A stretch of 63,149 nt of DNA, filler included, from Octopus bimaculoides (taxonomy: Eukaryota): NCBI RefSeq assembly GCF_001194135.2. It is 9 parts of 9 records of this genome, joined end to end, with 100 filler letters (N's around TTAATTAATTAA, not from the genome) between each part and the next. Parts side by side here need not be neighbours in the genome. Positions count along the whole stretch, not along the records: positions 34,351 to 44,034 come from NC_068995.1; positions 44,135 to 53,360 come from NC_068988.1; 7 more parts are not named here. One strand, given 5' to 3'. Below, in pieces: positions 37,687-48,977 of this stretch. The number at the start of each line of letters is the position of its first letter. Position 1 is the first letter of the stretch. The position numbers and the translations under genes are program-made. A model generated the notes under the pieces. It did no database searches. It was not told the origin of the DNA and saw nothing but the letters and a program-made list of their open reading frames with translations.

Positions 37687-37950
37687 AGAGAGAGAGAGAG
37701 AGAGATACAGACAGACAGAAAGGAAAAGAGCGAAAGAGAGAGAGAGAGAGATAGCAAGAGAAAGAGAGAGAGAGAGAGAGGGAGGGAGAGAGAGGGAGAA
37801 CGAAGAAGAGAAAGAAAAACAGACAAAGAGAATGGGAGAGAGCAAAAGAGAGAGATAGTAAGAGAGTGAGAGAAAGAGAGACCGACAGACGGAATGGGAG
37901 AGAGCGAAAGAGAGAAAGAGAGAGATAGTAAGAGAGAGATTGAGAAAGGG
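37687..37950. repeat. GA-rich microsatellite / low-complexity tract
   Basis: Read directly. Confidence 0.9.
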
Positions 37951-37994
37951 AGAGGCGGGAAGGTTTTGTAGGAGGTTTTCAGCTATGTAATCTT

Positions 37995-38200
37995 ACTTCA
38001 TAATTCCTTGAGCAAGTACTTCCTTTCCAGTCTCCTGCTAAAATGTTATTCTCTATCAACAGCTCTTCACCAATGGCATAACAATCTACAAAGAAATCTC
38101 TCTCTATTCCCTCTTGAGGATAATGGAGAACAATTATGTTGTTGTAAGTACAATCATTTTGTTTACGACTTTCGGACATAGACAATATGTTGCTCACAGA
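37995..38200 (-). mobile_element. Probable LINE apurinic-type endonuclease fragment (L1/Tx1-like)
   Basis: NILSMSE resembles the xIxLQE motif, and YPQEGIERDFF...NNILAGDW resembles YAP..ER..FF...IxAGDFN. Confidence 0.5.
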
Positions 38201-38309
38201 CCAGTGATGTCGATATAAATACGATATATAAACACTGTGATGTATGTGTGTAGAGGTGTTGTATAGACCGAGCTATCTATGTACATCTTATGTAGAATTG
38301 TAGTGTGTT

Positions 38310-38628
38310 GAAGGTGTGTGGCTTGGTTGTTTGGGTATTCGGCTGACAATCATAAGGGTGTGAGTTCAATTTCTGGCGGTGAGTTGTGTCTTCGAGCAAG
38401 ACATTTTATTTCACGTTGCTCCAGTCCACTTAGCTGGCAAAAACGAGTTGTACCCGTATTTCAAAGGACCAGCCTTGTCACATTCTGTGCCCTGCTGAAT
38501 CTCTCTGAGAACAATGTCAAGGGTATGCATGTCTGTGGAGTACTCAACCACTTGCATGTTAGTTTCATGAGCAGACTTTTCCGTTGATCGGATCAACTGG
38601 GACACTCATCATTGTAACCGATGGAGGC
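38310..38628 (+). mobile_element. tRNA-derived SINE family C variant
   Basis: tRNA-like head with GTGAGTTCAATT; core GAGCAAGACATTTTATTTCACGTTGCTCCAGTCCACT.AGCTGGCAAAAA shared with 39525-39872 and 54416. Confidence 0.8.
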
Positions 38629-38847
38629 CACGTTTTTTTTTAGACATTATATAGAAATGGGTGTGCATATAGATATTATATATATTATGCCTGTGATATG
38701 TATATAAATATTACATAAAGCAGTGATGTGTACAATGATGTTATATTGATCTGAGCTATGTATGTAGATGTTATATTAATGGTTATGCGTATATAAGTGC
38801 GATATCAGACTGTGGTGTGTATATAGACACACCACAGAAATGGATGT

Positions 38848-39167
38848 ACATTATTTACATTATTTACATTTGATGGATATTTGACCTCATCTTGTTTGTT
38901 GTTAACACATCTTTTCGGTTAATATACCCTCCAGCCTTCATCAGGTGTCTTGGGGAAATTTCGAACTTGGGTTCTCATTCCTAAGGTATTTTTCGATGTT
39001 ATTATTATTATTATTATTCATGTCATTGCCTGGAATTGAACTTGGGGTTAGTACGCCATATGCCCGTGGTGTTAACAACAAACAAGATGAGGACAAATAT
39101 CTGTCAAATGTAAATAATGTAAATAAAGTGCATAATTCCTCACCTCTTAAATATAGAACTGTATTAT
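38848..39167 (-). mobile_element. Short non-autonomous element: tRNA-like head, (AAT)n, Penelope-type hammerhead tail, inverted tail copy; 12-bp TSD
   Basis: Direct repeat AGAAATGGATGT at 38836-38847 and 39168-39179. ~64-bp inverted repeat at 38845-38908 and 39069-39132. - strand GACAC CTGATGA AGGC..CC GAAA at 38949-38904. B-box GTTCAATTCC. Confidence 0.8.
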
Positions 39168-39457
39168 AGAAATGGATGTGTATATAGATGCTATGTAGAA
39201 CTAGAGTGTATATCCATATGTGGTGTGTACATAGATATTATATGGCTCTGCAGTTTGTACACAAATATGGTGAGTGTGTAGATATTTCATACACTTGTGA
39301 TGTATTTATAGATATTTTATCCTTTTTTTCTACAGGTACAAGGCATAAAATTTTGCGTGAGGGGGCCATTTGACTTCATTGATCCTAATACTCAACTGGT
39401 ACTTATTTGGCGAGTAGGGTGGCTTATATATTTTGCTTCAAGATATCAATGATTTTA

Positions 39458-39508
39458 ATGAAGTGAAGAGTTTTCAAATGTGAGTCGAAACACCTGTGGT
39501 GTATTTGG
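39458..39508 (+). ncRNA. Degenerate hammerhead-like motif (C3G)
   Basis: GTGAAGA G...AGTC GAAA CAC-CTGTG-GTG TA TTTGG. Stem III is intact; core and stem II are mutated. Confidence 0.35.
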
Positions 39509-39524
39509 TCTAGTGAAGGTTTAC

Positions 39525-39872
39525 CGTTGTACTTGAGACCCCCTTCGGTCATGACTGACCATGGGATTGCACCTAGAAAGTTCCCCTCCGAGACAAAAGT
39601 CCAGGCAAGGTTGTTTATGGAAGACCAGCAGTCGCCCATACCTACCAGCCTCCCCTCTCCATGCCACTGATGTTATCCAAGGGAAAGGCAAAGGGGCTGA
39701 TACAGCTTGGCACCTGTGACATCGCAACTCATTTCTACAGCTGAGTTAACTGGAGAGACGTGAAATAAAGTGTCTTGCTCAAGAACACAACATGCAGCCC
39801 TGTCCGAGAATCAAACTCACAACCTCACGATCATAAGCTCGACGCTCTAACCACTGAGTCATGCACCTTCAC
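39525..39872 (-). mobile_element. tRNA-derived SINE family C, near full length
   Basis: - strand head GAAGGTGCATGACTCAGTGGTTAGAGCGTCGAGCTT..GTGAGTTTGATTCT has clear A and B boxes, then the family C core. Confidence 0.9.
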
Positions 39873-40882
39873 TGCTGTACTACAGCAGAGAGATTAATAC
39901 TCTAATAGAGCAGAAGGTGAGAGAGGACGTATTACTTTATTACCGATGAGAATCTAATACAGCAAAAGAGCCTGTTAGTGGATGGCAGCAAAGGATTTAA
40001 TATTCACTTTTGTACCGTGGTGACGGAGAATTTATCGGTGCTTAGAATGATGCAATATTCATATGAAATGGAGAAAGAAGAAGCATTATTATGTTGGCAA
40101 TTGAGGAAATTTTCGACTCTAATGAAAGTCTATTGAACATTTGCCACAAATTCTCTCTCTACATGACATCATATCGACTGCAAAGGAAAGTCTTCTGGCA
40201 CGAAGGGAGGCGTGCTAGGAAACCATAGATAATCGAGGAAAATTGTTAATTGGATGTAAATATCCGTAATGATGTTCTTCAGAGGTATTAAATCAGTTGA
40301 GGCGGCACCAAATCCGAATCTGTTTAGCAGATCAGCTTAAACAGCTTCTTACTTAATTGATCCATTATTGCAGGAGTTTTGATAGCTCAATCAATCCTTC
40401 TAAATTGGACTTTGATTAATCTGACAAAGAAGGTGTCTTCTTGGCCTGCTACCATCTTTATGTTCCATTAAACTTCCTCCTCATTTACAGTCAAGTGTTG
40501 CACAAGCTTTTGGCGAGTTGAATCAGTCATCCAGGTTCGAGTCTTAATCCAGCCATTTTACCTTACAAATCTGGAACTTCAGATCATAATAAATAGCTTA
40601 CAGAGGGCTTAGCCCCTCCTGGCTTATCTAACTTTTAATCATTATCTTTTCTCGGTGTCTGGCGAAGAGTTAAATGTTTTTTCCTATGACACCTCCTGTT
40701 CCTCCAACCTGGTAGACTTCTGAGAATTATGAAGATATCGCAGAGAAATTCTAATCATGTCACATCATTTACATTACTAATGCCTGCAAGAGAGGCATGA
40801 ACATCACAAAATNNNNNNNNNNNNNNNNNNNNNNNNNNNNNNNNNNNNNNTGCTACTCAACTATACTTGTTATTGTTCTTAT

Positions 40883-41090
40883 TAAGGTGGTAAGTTAGCA
40901 GAATCGTTAGCACATTGGAAAAAGTGTTTCTTTTCTATCTTAACATTCTGAGTTCAAATTCCCACCGAGAACAAATTTGCCTTTTAGCCTTCTGGGGTCG
41001 ATAAAATAAAGTACCAGTTAAGCCCTGGGATCGATGTAATCGAATTGCCTCTTTCCTCAAAATTGGTGGCTTTGCGCCTAAATCAAAAAC
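40883..41090 (+). mobile_element. SINE family B
   Basis: AAGGTGGTAAG..GCAGAATCGTTAGCA..TTCTGAGTTCAAATTCC..GGGGTCGATAAAATAAAGTACCAG. Confidence 0.8.
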
Positions 41091-41133
41091 CGATATTCTT
41101 ACAGAATTCTTTCATCTTATTTTTTTTTTGTAG

Positions 41134-41211
41134 GTCTACAAAGCTTTAGAAAGCAACGAGACTGCGCGAAAACTTTGCCTTCATGAGAAATTCTCCAATA
41201 TCTTCCACTAA
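41134..41211 (+). CDS. Probable terminal coding exon, same gene (VYKALESNETARKLCLHEKFSNIFH*)
   Basis: Acceptor TATTTTTTTTTTTGTAG|, phase 0 matching the previous exon, TAA at 41209-41211. Confidence 0.6.
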   Translation, partial: VYKALESNETARKLCLHEKFSNIFH

Positions 41212-41273
41212 TTATAAAGAAGCTGCCTTTGTAAAATATGGAATTATTATTATTATTATTAATTAATACTATT

Positions 41274-41486
41274 AAGGCAGCAAGCTGACAGAATCGTTAG
41301 CGAACCAGGCAAAATGGTTGGGCGGCATTTCGTTTGTCTTTACGTTCTGAGTTCTAGTGCTGCCTAGTTCGACTTTGCCTTTCATCATTTGGGATCGATA
41401 AAATAAATACCATCTGTATGCTGGGGTTGATCTAATCGACTTACCCCTCCCCTGAACTTACTGGCCATGTGCCAAAATTTGAAATC
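41274..41486 (+). mobile_element. SINE family B
   Basis: AAGGCAGCAAGCTGACAGAATCGTTAGC..TACGTTCTGAGTTC..GACTTTGCCTTTCATC. Confidence 0.85.
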
Positions 41487-41504
41487 ATCATTATTATTAT
41501 TTCT

Positions 41505-42116
41505 TTTTATCACAGGTTTTGTTGGAACTCCTACAGCCAACGGTACCATGCTATCTGTTCTTTTCAGCTATCTAATACTTTCCTGGTTATTCTGGCCCTG
41601 CCAAAGAGGCAAACCTTTTGTAACAGTTCATCTGGGCACTCTATTCTGATTTCCTTTATATTCCCTTGATGCCTTCTGATACTGTTCCCAAGGACCCAAC
41701 AATAATTGGCACTATCTTCACCTTCTTAATTTTCCATAGCTGAGTTATTTCATACTTAAGAGGGTTGTATTTATTTTTTGGCATCCGTTCTTCGTGGATC
41801 AAAGGGGCATGCAACATCAACTAAATAGCACATGTGGTGCATCTTGTCGACCGCCACCAGGTCCGGTCTATTACACTCTAGCACCTGATCTGTTTGGATT
41901 GGGAAATCCCAGAAGATTTTGCAAGTCTCCGACTCCACCACTCTGTGCAGTTTGTGCTCATACCACATCTTGCCTCTCTCTAGCCCTCACTTTTCTCACA
42001 GTTTCCAATGTAGCACTTTCGCTACCTCATCGTGTCGCCACCACTTGTAGCAGTTTTGGGCAAGTCAAAGGCATTCGTTCGTGATATGAGCAATGGTTTC
42101 ATCCACTCTATTACAG
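41505..42116 (-). mobile_element. R4/Dong-like RLE retrotransposon 3' end
   Basis: CCHC-type CNRVDETIAHITNEC; RHDEVAKVLHW; WYEH..WDFPIQTD..NRPD..VDVACP; VPIIVGSLG; ARITRKVL. The 3' end abuts an AAT-type repeat at about 41487-41500. Confidence 0.9.
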
Positions 42117-42629
42117 ATGCAGCATAAGTCTGGTACTTATTCTATCAATTCGCTTTTGCCAAACCGCTAATATCAATGGAAAGTAAACAAAATGTGCGTT
42201 TGTCTGTGTGCTTATATACATACATACATAGATAAATATTCTTATGCATTTAGCAATATGAGTAGTGAGATACGAACTCTCGATCCTCTGGTTGATAGAT
42301 TATATCGACTTGGTTCGTTCCACGGCCCATCTCCCACACCTGCAACACCTCCAGCATCTGTGTCTTTGAAAATATTCTTGGAACTAACGATTTACCAAAT
42401 CTGAACGTTAATTGTAGTTACTGGGATATTCTTAGCTTTTAACGTGTAAAAATGCTTGGCTTCGGCAAGAAAATTGTTGCTTAGAAAAGCAGCAATGGAT
42501 ATTGTTGTTGCTGTTGTTGTTGCTGTAGCTGTTTTCTTTCATGGTAAAACAAAAATATAAAAATTAAAATTAATTCTTTAAGATAGCAACGGTTTATAAT
42601 TTTCCATGCTTTTTATTGACGATACGGGC

Positions 42630-42878
42630 GATGATGATGATGAAGATGATGATGATAGTGACGGTGGTGGTGGTAGTGATGAGGGTGGTGATGATGGTAG
42701 TGGTGGTGGTTATGATGATGATGGTGATGATGATGATGATGATAATGATGATGATGATGATGATGATGACGATGACGGCACTGTTGCTGATTACGATGAT
42801 GGTGATAATGATGACGACGACGACGATGACGATGGTGGTGGTAATGATGATGATGATGATGATGATGACGACGTTGGT
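42630..42878. repeat. (GAT/GGT)n trinucleotide tract
   Basis: Read directly. Confidence 0.95.
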
Positions 42879-43465
42879 TAGTTTTGATAATAACACTGTG
42901 TAAATTGCTTCTGCTTCTACTATCTGTTGGTGCCATACCAAAAGGAAACCATTTAGCAAAATAATAATCGATTGCAGATTTTCGTTTTTTTTTTTCTTTT
43001 TGAAAAATAAACGCCCATTGAAAGTTATTCCATTGTNNNNNNNNNNNNNNNNNNNNNNNNNNNNNNNNNNNNNNNNNNNNNNNNNNNNNNNNNNNNNNNN
43101 NNNNNNNNNNNNNNNNNNNNNNNNNNNNNNNNNNNNNNNNNNNNNNNNNNNNNNNNNNNNNNNNNNNNNNNNNNNNNNNNNNNNNNNNNNNNNNNNNNNN
43201 NNNNNNNAATTTCAATTTTATACTAAAAAACAAAAGGAAACACAAAAAAAAACCAACAAAAAATTACCATAAAGACGTAATTGTAATGTATAATTTGTAA
43301 AATTTATTTTTATTTTATAATTTTACGTTTTGTTTTATTTTCAACATATTGAATTTCAAATTTATTTCCAACTTTAAAAAAAAAAATCCTTGTGAATAAA
43401 ATTTCGAATGATTGGTTGATTGGTTGATTGAAGATCGATATTTTAAACCATTTACTGGTTGAGCG

Positions 43466-43704
43466 ACGAAATATTATTTTGAATATTTTAATCTAGTTTC
43501 GTTAAAGCTCGTGGCAGAGGCATGAACGCCACAGCTTCTCCTTCGAGTCAATGGATCTGATTTTAAACGATTTACAGGTTAAGTTACGAAATATTATTTC
43601 GAATATTTAATCTAGTTTCGTTAAAGCTCTTGGAAGAGGCATGAACGCCACAGCTTCTCCTTCGAGTCAATGGATCTGATTTTAAGCGATTTACAGGTTA
43701 AGTT
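43466..43704. repeat. Head-to-tail duplication of a ~120-bp unique-looking sequence
   Basis: ACGAAATATTATT...TTTACAGGTTAAGTT occurs at 43466-43585 and 43586-43704 with a few differences. Confidence 0.9.
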
Positions 43705-43980
43705 CCTTGTATGTCTCCACCGTCCTGTTTTTGTTCCCAACTTTGACCTTCCATAAATCGAAAAATTTATTTTGGTACTTATGGGAGCAACTGTCTTCGA
43801 GACTCATATTGTTCAATGCTCGAAATGAGGAGTAGATAGATAGCCGACAACTGATGAAGGGTCGTTCTTTATGTTACATGTCCTGTTTTCCATTTGTTTC
43901 TCTCGTTGTTTGTGTATTGAACTCATTTGTTTTCGTATTTCATGTTGTTTACTCTTGGTGACGTCCTGTACCCATATATG

Positions 43981-44028
<48 letters not shown>

Positions 44029-44189
44029 TATGCANNNNNNNNNNNNNNNNNNNNNNNNNNNNNNNNNNNNNNNNNNNNTTAATTAATTAANNNNNNNNNN
44101 NNNNNNNNNNNNNNNNNNNNNNNNNNNNNNNNNNAGACAGACAGAAAGAGCGACACACAGACAAACGGACAGAAGCAGACAAAGAGAGG

Positions 44190-44253
44190 GACAGAGAGTC
44201 AAACAGACAGAGAGTCAAACAGACAGAGAGTCAAACAGACAGAGAGTCAAACA
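44190..44253. repeat. 16-bp tandem (GACAGAGAGTCAAACA)x4
   Basis: Read directly, within a GACA-rich tract. Confidence 0.85.
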
Positions 44254-44293
44254 GACAGATAGGACGACAGGCAGACACACGGACAGAGAAGGT

Positions 44294-44356
<63 letters not shown>

Positions 44357-45284
44357 TAGCGTGGTTTGACACACGAGGAAATATGCAGGCAGACAGACAA
44401 CCAGCCGTGCTTAAACTCGCTACCAAAGGTTTTAGACTGAAGATGACACTTAGGACGATTTTGTAGTTGTTACTACTTAGTCGTTATTCAAATTATGATC
44501 AAGCTGATGTATAACCAAAAACATTCCAGCCGTGACAATTCTGTTGAAGTACATCTAGGACCATATTAATCACAGTATTCTGCTACCGGTTTGTTGTTTT
44601 GTCTTTTTTTTAAAAGAAGAAATGATGTATTTTTCGTGCGATTCGGTTGCTATTTCTTGCAGATCAAACGGCTAACGTTAAATCCTCCCACATTGTTGGT
44701 GCTAGTGCTGGAATGTGCGGGAGTGGTGTTGTAGCGTTGATAGCAGTGGTGGTGGTGGTAGCATTGTTGCCGTTAGGGGCGGGGTAGTAATGGTGCTCCT
44801 GGTCGTCGTCGTAGTGACGGTGTTATTTGAGCTGGTGGTGGTGAGTGTTGATGTGGGGCCTTTTTCTGGCGGCTGCAATGAAATTCAAGAAGTCAGAATA
44901 AATAACGAGTAAACTTAATGAGTTTAATGACTGACTGACCGACAGACAGATATACAGACAAGCAAAGGTGAAGGTAATGCAAATGGTGTGTATGTGTGTG
45001 GTGGGGATAGTGGTAGTGTCGCTGCTGCTGCTACCGCTGATGATGATGATGATGATGCAGGCGGTGGTGACTGCGGAGGTGGGTAATAATTCGTATTGTA
45101 GAAGTGGGCGGTGTTTGATTGGATGTAATTATAGGAAAGAAAGGAGCACGAGGAAAGGATGAAGTACGAACATTGAGGGAGGTGTGGGGGTGGGTTGAAT
45201 ATAAAAGGAAGATAGGAATATCTAAGGAAAAGCGGTGACATATTCAAACTAATGGGAGTAACAGAGCTAATTTTGGCAGAAGTA

Positions 45285-45461
45285 CCGAGAGATAGACAGA
45301 CAGACAGACAGATAAACAGAGAGATGAACAGAGAGAGAGAGATAGGTAGACAGAGATAGCGATAGATAGATAGATAGAGACAGAGAGAGAGAGACAGAGA
45401 GACAGAGAGACAGAGACAGATAAGTAGATAGACAGATAGCTAGACAGACAGACAGACAGAC

Positions 45462-45496
<35 letters not shown>

Positions 45497-45537
45497 CAAA
45501 CAGACAGATAGATAGATAAACAGACAGGCAGACCAAC

Positions 45538-45570
<33 letters not shown>

Positions 45571-45602
45571 CATACATACATACATACATACATACATACA
45601 TA
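45285..45602. repeat. Compound (GACA/GATA/CATA)n microsatellite
   Basis: Read directly. Confidence 0.95.
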
Positions 45603-48375
45603 AACAGTAATTATGATTTAATAAAGTAATTCAATTCGCGAACACTTAGCCTACTGAATGGATACAAAATCAAACCTAACACTGTCACCCTCTGACCTCT
45701 CCCGACTCCCAAAAGACAGACTGTCAGTCATATTTTGTTCACCAGACATAATCTTCTGCTACAATAAGGGGACATTCCTGCATACTCCCTCAGCACCTAT
45801 CACACCCTACTCCTCCAATTTGTGCCAATAAAATAGCCTTTCCAGTTTCCCTCCGCCTGGTAAAACTAGCCAAATATTTCTCAGATCAGGAACGGCAGCT
45901 TTTGAAAAAGATAACAGTGTAGATCAGATGTTCTCAATAAAGTTTGACTTAAATATTAAGCAATACTCCCTTCAAGTCATTCACAAACTTAGGTAATTTA
46001 CAGTGATATATGACGATACTATATAATAAAAAAAAATATTATTGCATTGTTTTGTGTAATTTTTACTAAAAAATAGCAATTATTAGAGTTTACAGTCAAA
46101 CAATTCTTAAAAATTCCAATTTTAATATATATTTCATCTAAGTGTAGCTTTATAACTGAAGATTTCTACTACAGAAAATTAATTTTAGTTCTCAGTTAGA
46201 TAGTTTTCCCTTTTTGCCTTCCCTCTTATACTCCATGAAATTAATTCTAAACGACATATCTGTAAAAATATTTCTCGAAATTATAAGGTTAATACAGTGT
46301 CAGCTAGATTATGATGATGTGCTCAAAAGCATTAGAATTTAGTGTGTTAAAGATCTGCAGGGTCCATGGATTTCAGTTGTCAGTTTTGCTGACGTCACCA
46401 TTTCTCGGCAGCATTCTGTTTGTTGTAACTATTTTTATATCCAAACATCCTAATTCAGTTTGATTCCTAGACAGAGAGTTGACGTCTGCGCCTCTGTCAA
46501 ATAGTTTTACAATATTTTGATATTTGTTGGGTGTTTTTCAAGAAGTACAAAGCTTCCGATAATTAATTTCTTTTGCTACAACCAGTGTTCGTGTTACTGT
46601 TGTCCATATGTTAAACAGCAATGAAAAAAATCAATCCTTATCTCTGTACATCTCTTATTCTATGTTCCCATAGGATACTACCACTAAAAAAGTGCACGTA
46701 CATATATATTAATGAGAAGTATAACATAAGCATCCAGGGAATAGTGTGGTTATCACAGTAGGCTTTTCGTACAGACTCGGTTATCAGTTCAAATAATAAA
46801 CACTTATAAAGTACTGTAATGCAAAGTGCCCTTGTAACAGGAAATCAAGATAAAATATTTCTCTGAGGTATATATAAAAGTATAAATTCAGGAGGTATGA
46901 CTGGTGAATATAGATTTATTTAACCACGTGATTCTAAGGAAGTCAAGTGGTTAGATATGTTTTTTTCGCCTTTGTTTGATATCTCCCCAATTTATCATCA
47001 TTTTTATATATGTGTGTGTGTGTGCATGCGTATGTATACATAGATATATGCATATACATGTATATTTAGATATACATATGTATGTATGTATATATATATA
47101 TATATATNNNNNNNNNNNNNNNNNNNNNNNNNNNNNNNNNNNNNNNNNNNNNNNNNNNNNNNNNNNNNNNNNNNNNNNNNNNNNNNNNNNNNNNNNNNNN
47201 NNNNNNNNNNNNNNNNNNNNNNNNNNNNNNNNNNNNNNNNNNNNNNNNNNNNNNNNNNNNNNNNNNNNNNNNNNNNNNNNNNNNNNNNNNNNNNNNNNNN
47301 NNNNNNNNNNNNNNNNNNNNNNNNNNNNNNNNNNNNNNNNNNNNNNNNNNNNNNNNNNNNNNNNNNNNNNNNNNNNNNNNNNNNNNNNNNNNNNNNNNNN
47401 NNNNNNNNNNNNNNNNNNNNNNNNNNNNNNNNNNNNNNNNNNNNNNNNNNNNNNNNNNNNNNNNNNNNNNNNNNNNNNNNNNNNNNNNNNNNNNNNNNNN
47501 NNNNNNNNNNNNNNNNNNNNNNNNNNNNNNNNNNNNNNNNNNNNNNNNNNNNNNNNNNNNNNNNNNNNNNNNNNNNNNNNNNNNNNNNNNNNNNNNNNNN
47601 NNNNNNNNNNNNNNNNNNNNNNNNNNNNNNNNNNNNNNNNNNNNNNNNNNNNNNNNNNNNNNNNNNNNNNNNNNNNNNNNNNNNNNNNNNNNNNNNNNNN
47701 NNNNNNNNNNNNNNNNNNNNNNNNNNNNNNNNNNNNNNNNNNNNNNNNNNNNNNNNNNNNNNNNNNNNNNNNNNNNNNNNNNNNNNNNNNNNNNNNNNNN
47801 NNNNNNNNNNNNNNNNNNNNNNNNNNNNNNNNNNNNNNNNNNNNNNNNNNNNNNNNNNNNNNNNNNNNNNNNNNNNNNNNNNNNNNNNNNNNNNNNNNTA
47901 TGTATGTATGTATGTATGTCTAGATTGTTTGAATTGGTGTACAGATTTTACATATAAATCAAAGGAGGTAGTCAAGATTTATTTAGCACTTCTATTCCTT
48001 TGAGAGATTCATTGTGAATAACTTTACTTATACAAAAATCCATACCTTGTGTGTGTGTGTGTACGTGTGTGTGTGTACGTGTGTGTGCGTGTGCGTGTGT
48101 ATTTGCGTGTGTGCGTGTGTGCCTGTGTATGTGTACTGAAAATCCTGGAGTTAAATGTTTTTCGCTGGGTTTTGGGGAAAAGTGTGTTTTGGGAGTGGTT
48201 GAGATGTTCTTTAGTATTTTGTGTGTGTGTATATGTGCGTGCACATGTGTGTGTATATGCGTGTGTGTGTGTATATATAAATGTGTGTATGCATATGTGT
48301 GTGCGTATGTTTGTTTGTAAGCATATCTATGGTGAATTTTTGGTTAGAGAAAGGAAAAAAAAAGAAAACTGCGAC

Positions 48376-48410
<35 letters not shown>

Positions 48411-48945
48411 TTTGAGAGAGAGAAAGAAAGATGTGTTCTGGGAGTGGCTGAATTTAATGACAGGCCAAANNNNNNNNNNATGCATACATTTTTTCCATAT
48501 TTATTTTAATCTTCTAAAAGGTACATTATAATGAGCATCTTCACAATTCGAGTTCAAGTCTCTCCAAGATATATGTTGTCCATCACTATAGTGAAGAACA
48601 ATTATGTTGCAGTCATGTAATGGCATTGATTCAATCGGCTATAACACTTTCACGCTATTTTTGACGGTATGCCAATTTCAGAATGCTTATATTTTGACTT
48701 CTGATTCATTATCCCATAGGATTACAACTATTAACGGAGTAGCGATGTTGGAGAAACGATACAGCACTAGACTAAAGGCTAGACAGTAATTATATCACAT
48801 ATGTTACCTGTTCAAATCTCCCTATGGTCAAATTCACTGGGGGTGGGTGTTAACGAAATCAGAACTAAATATGTGCTAATGTTTAATTAATCAACTATGC
48901 CTGTCAACAACACATATGCATTTCTGTGCCAAAATGAGAAATCAT

Positions 48946-48977
<32 letters not shown>

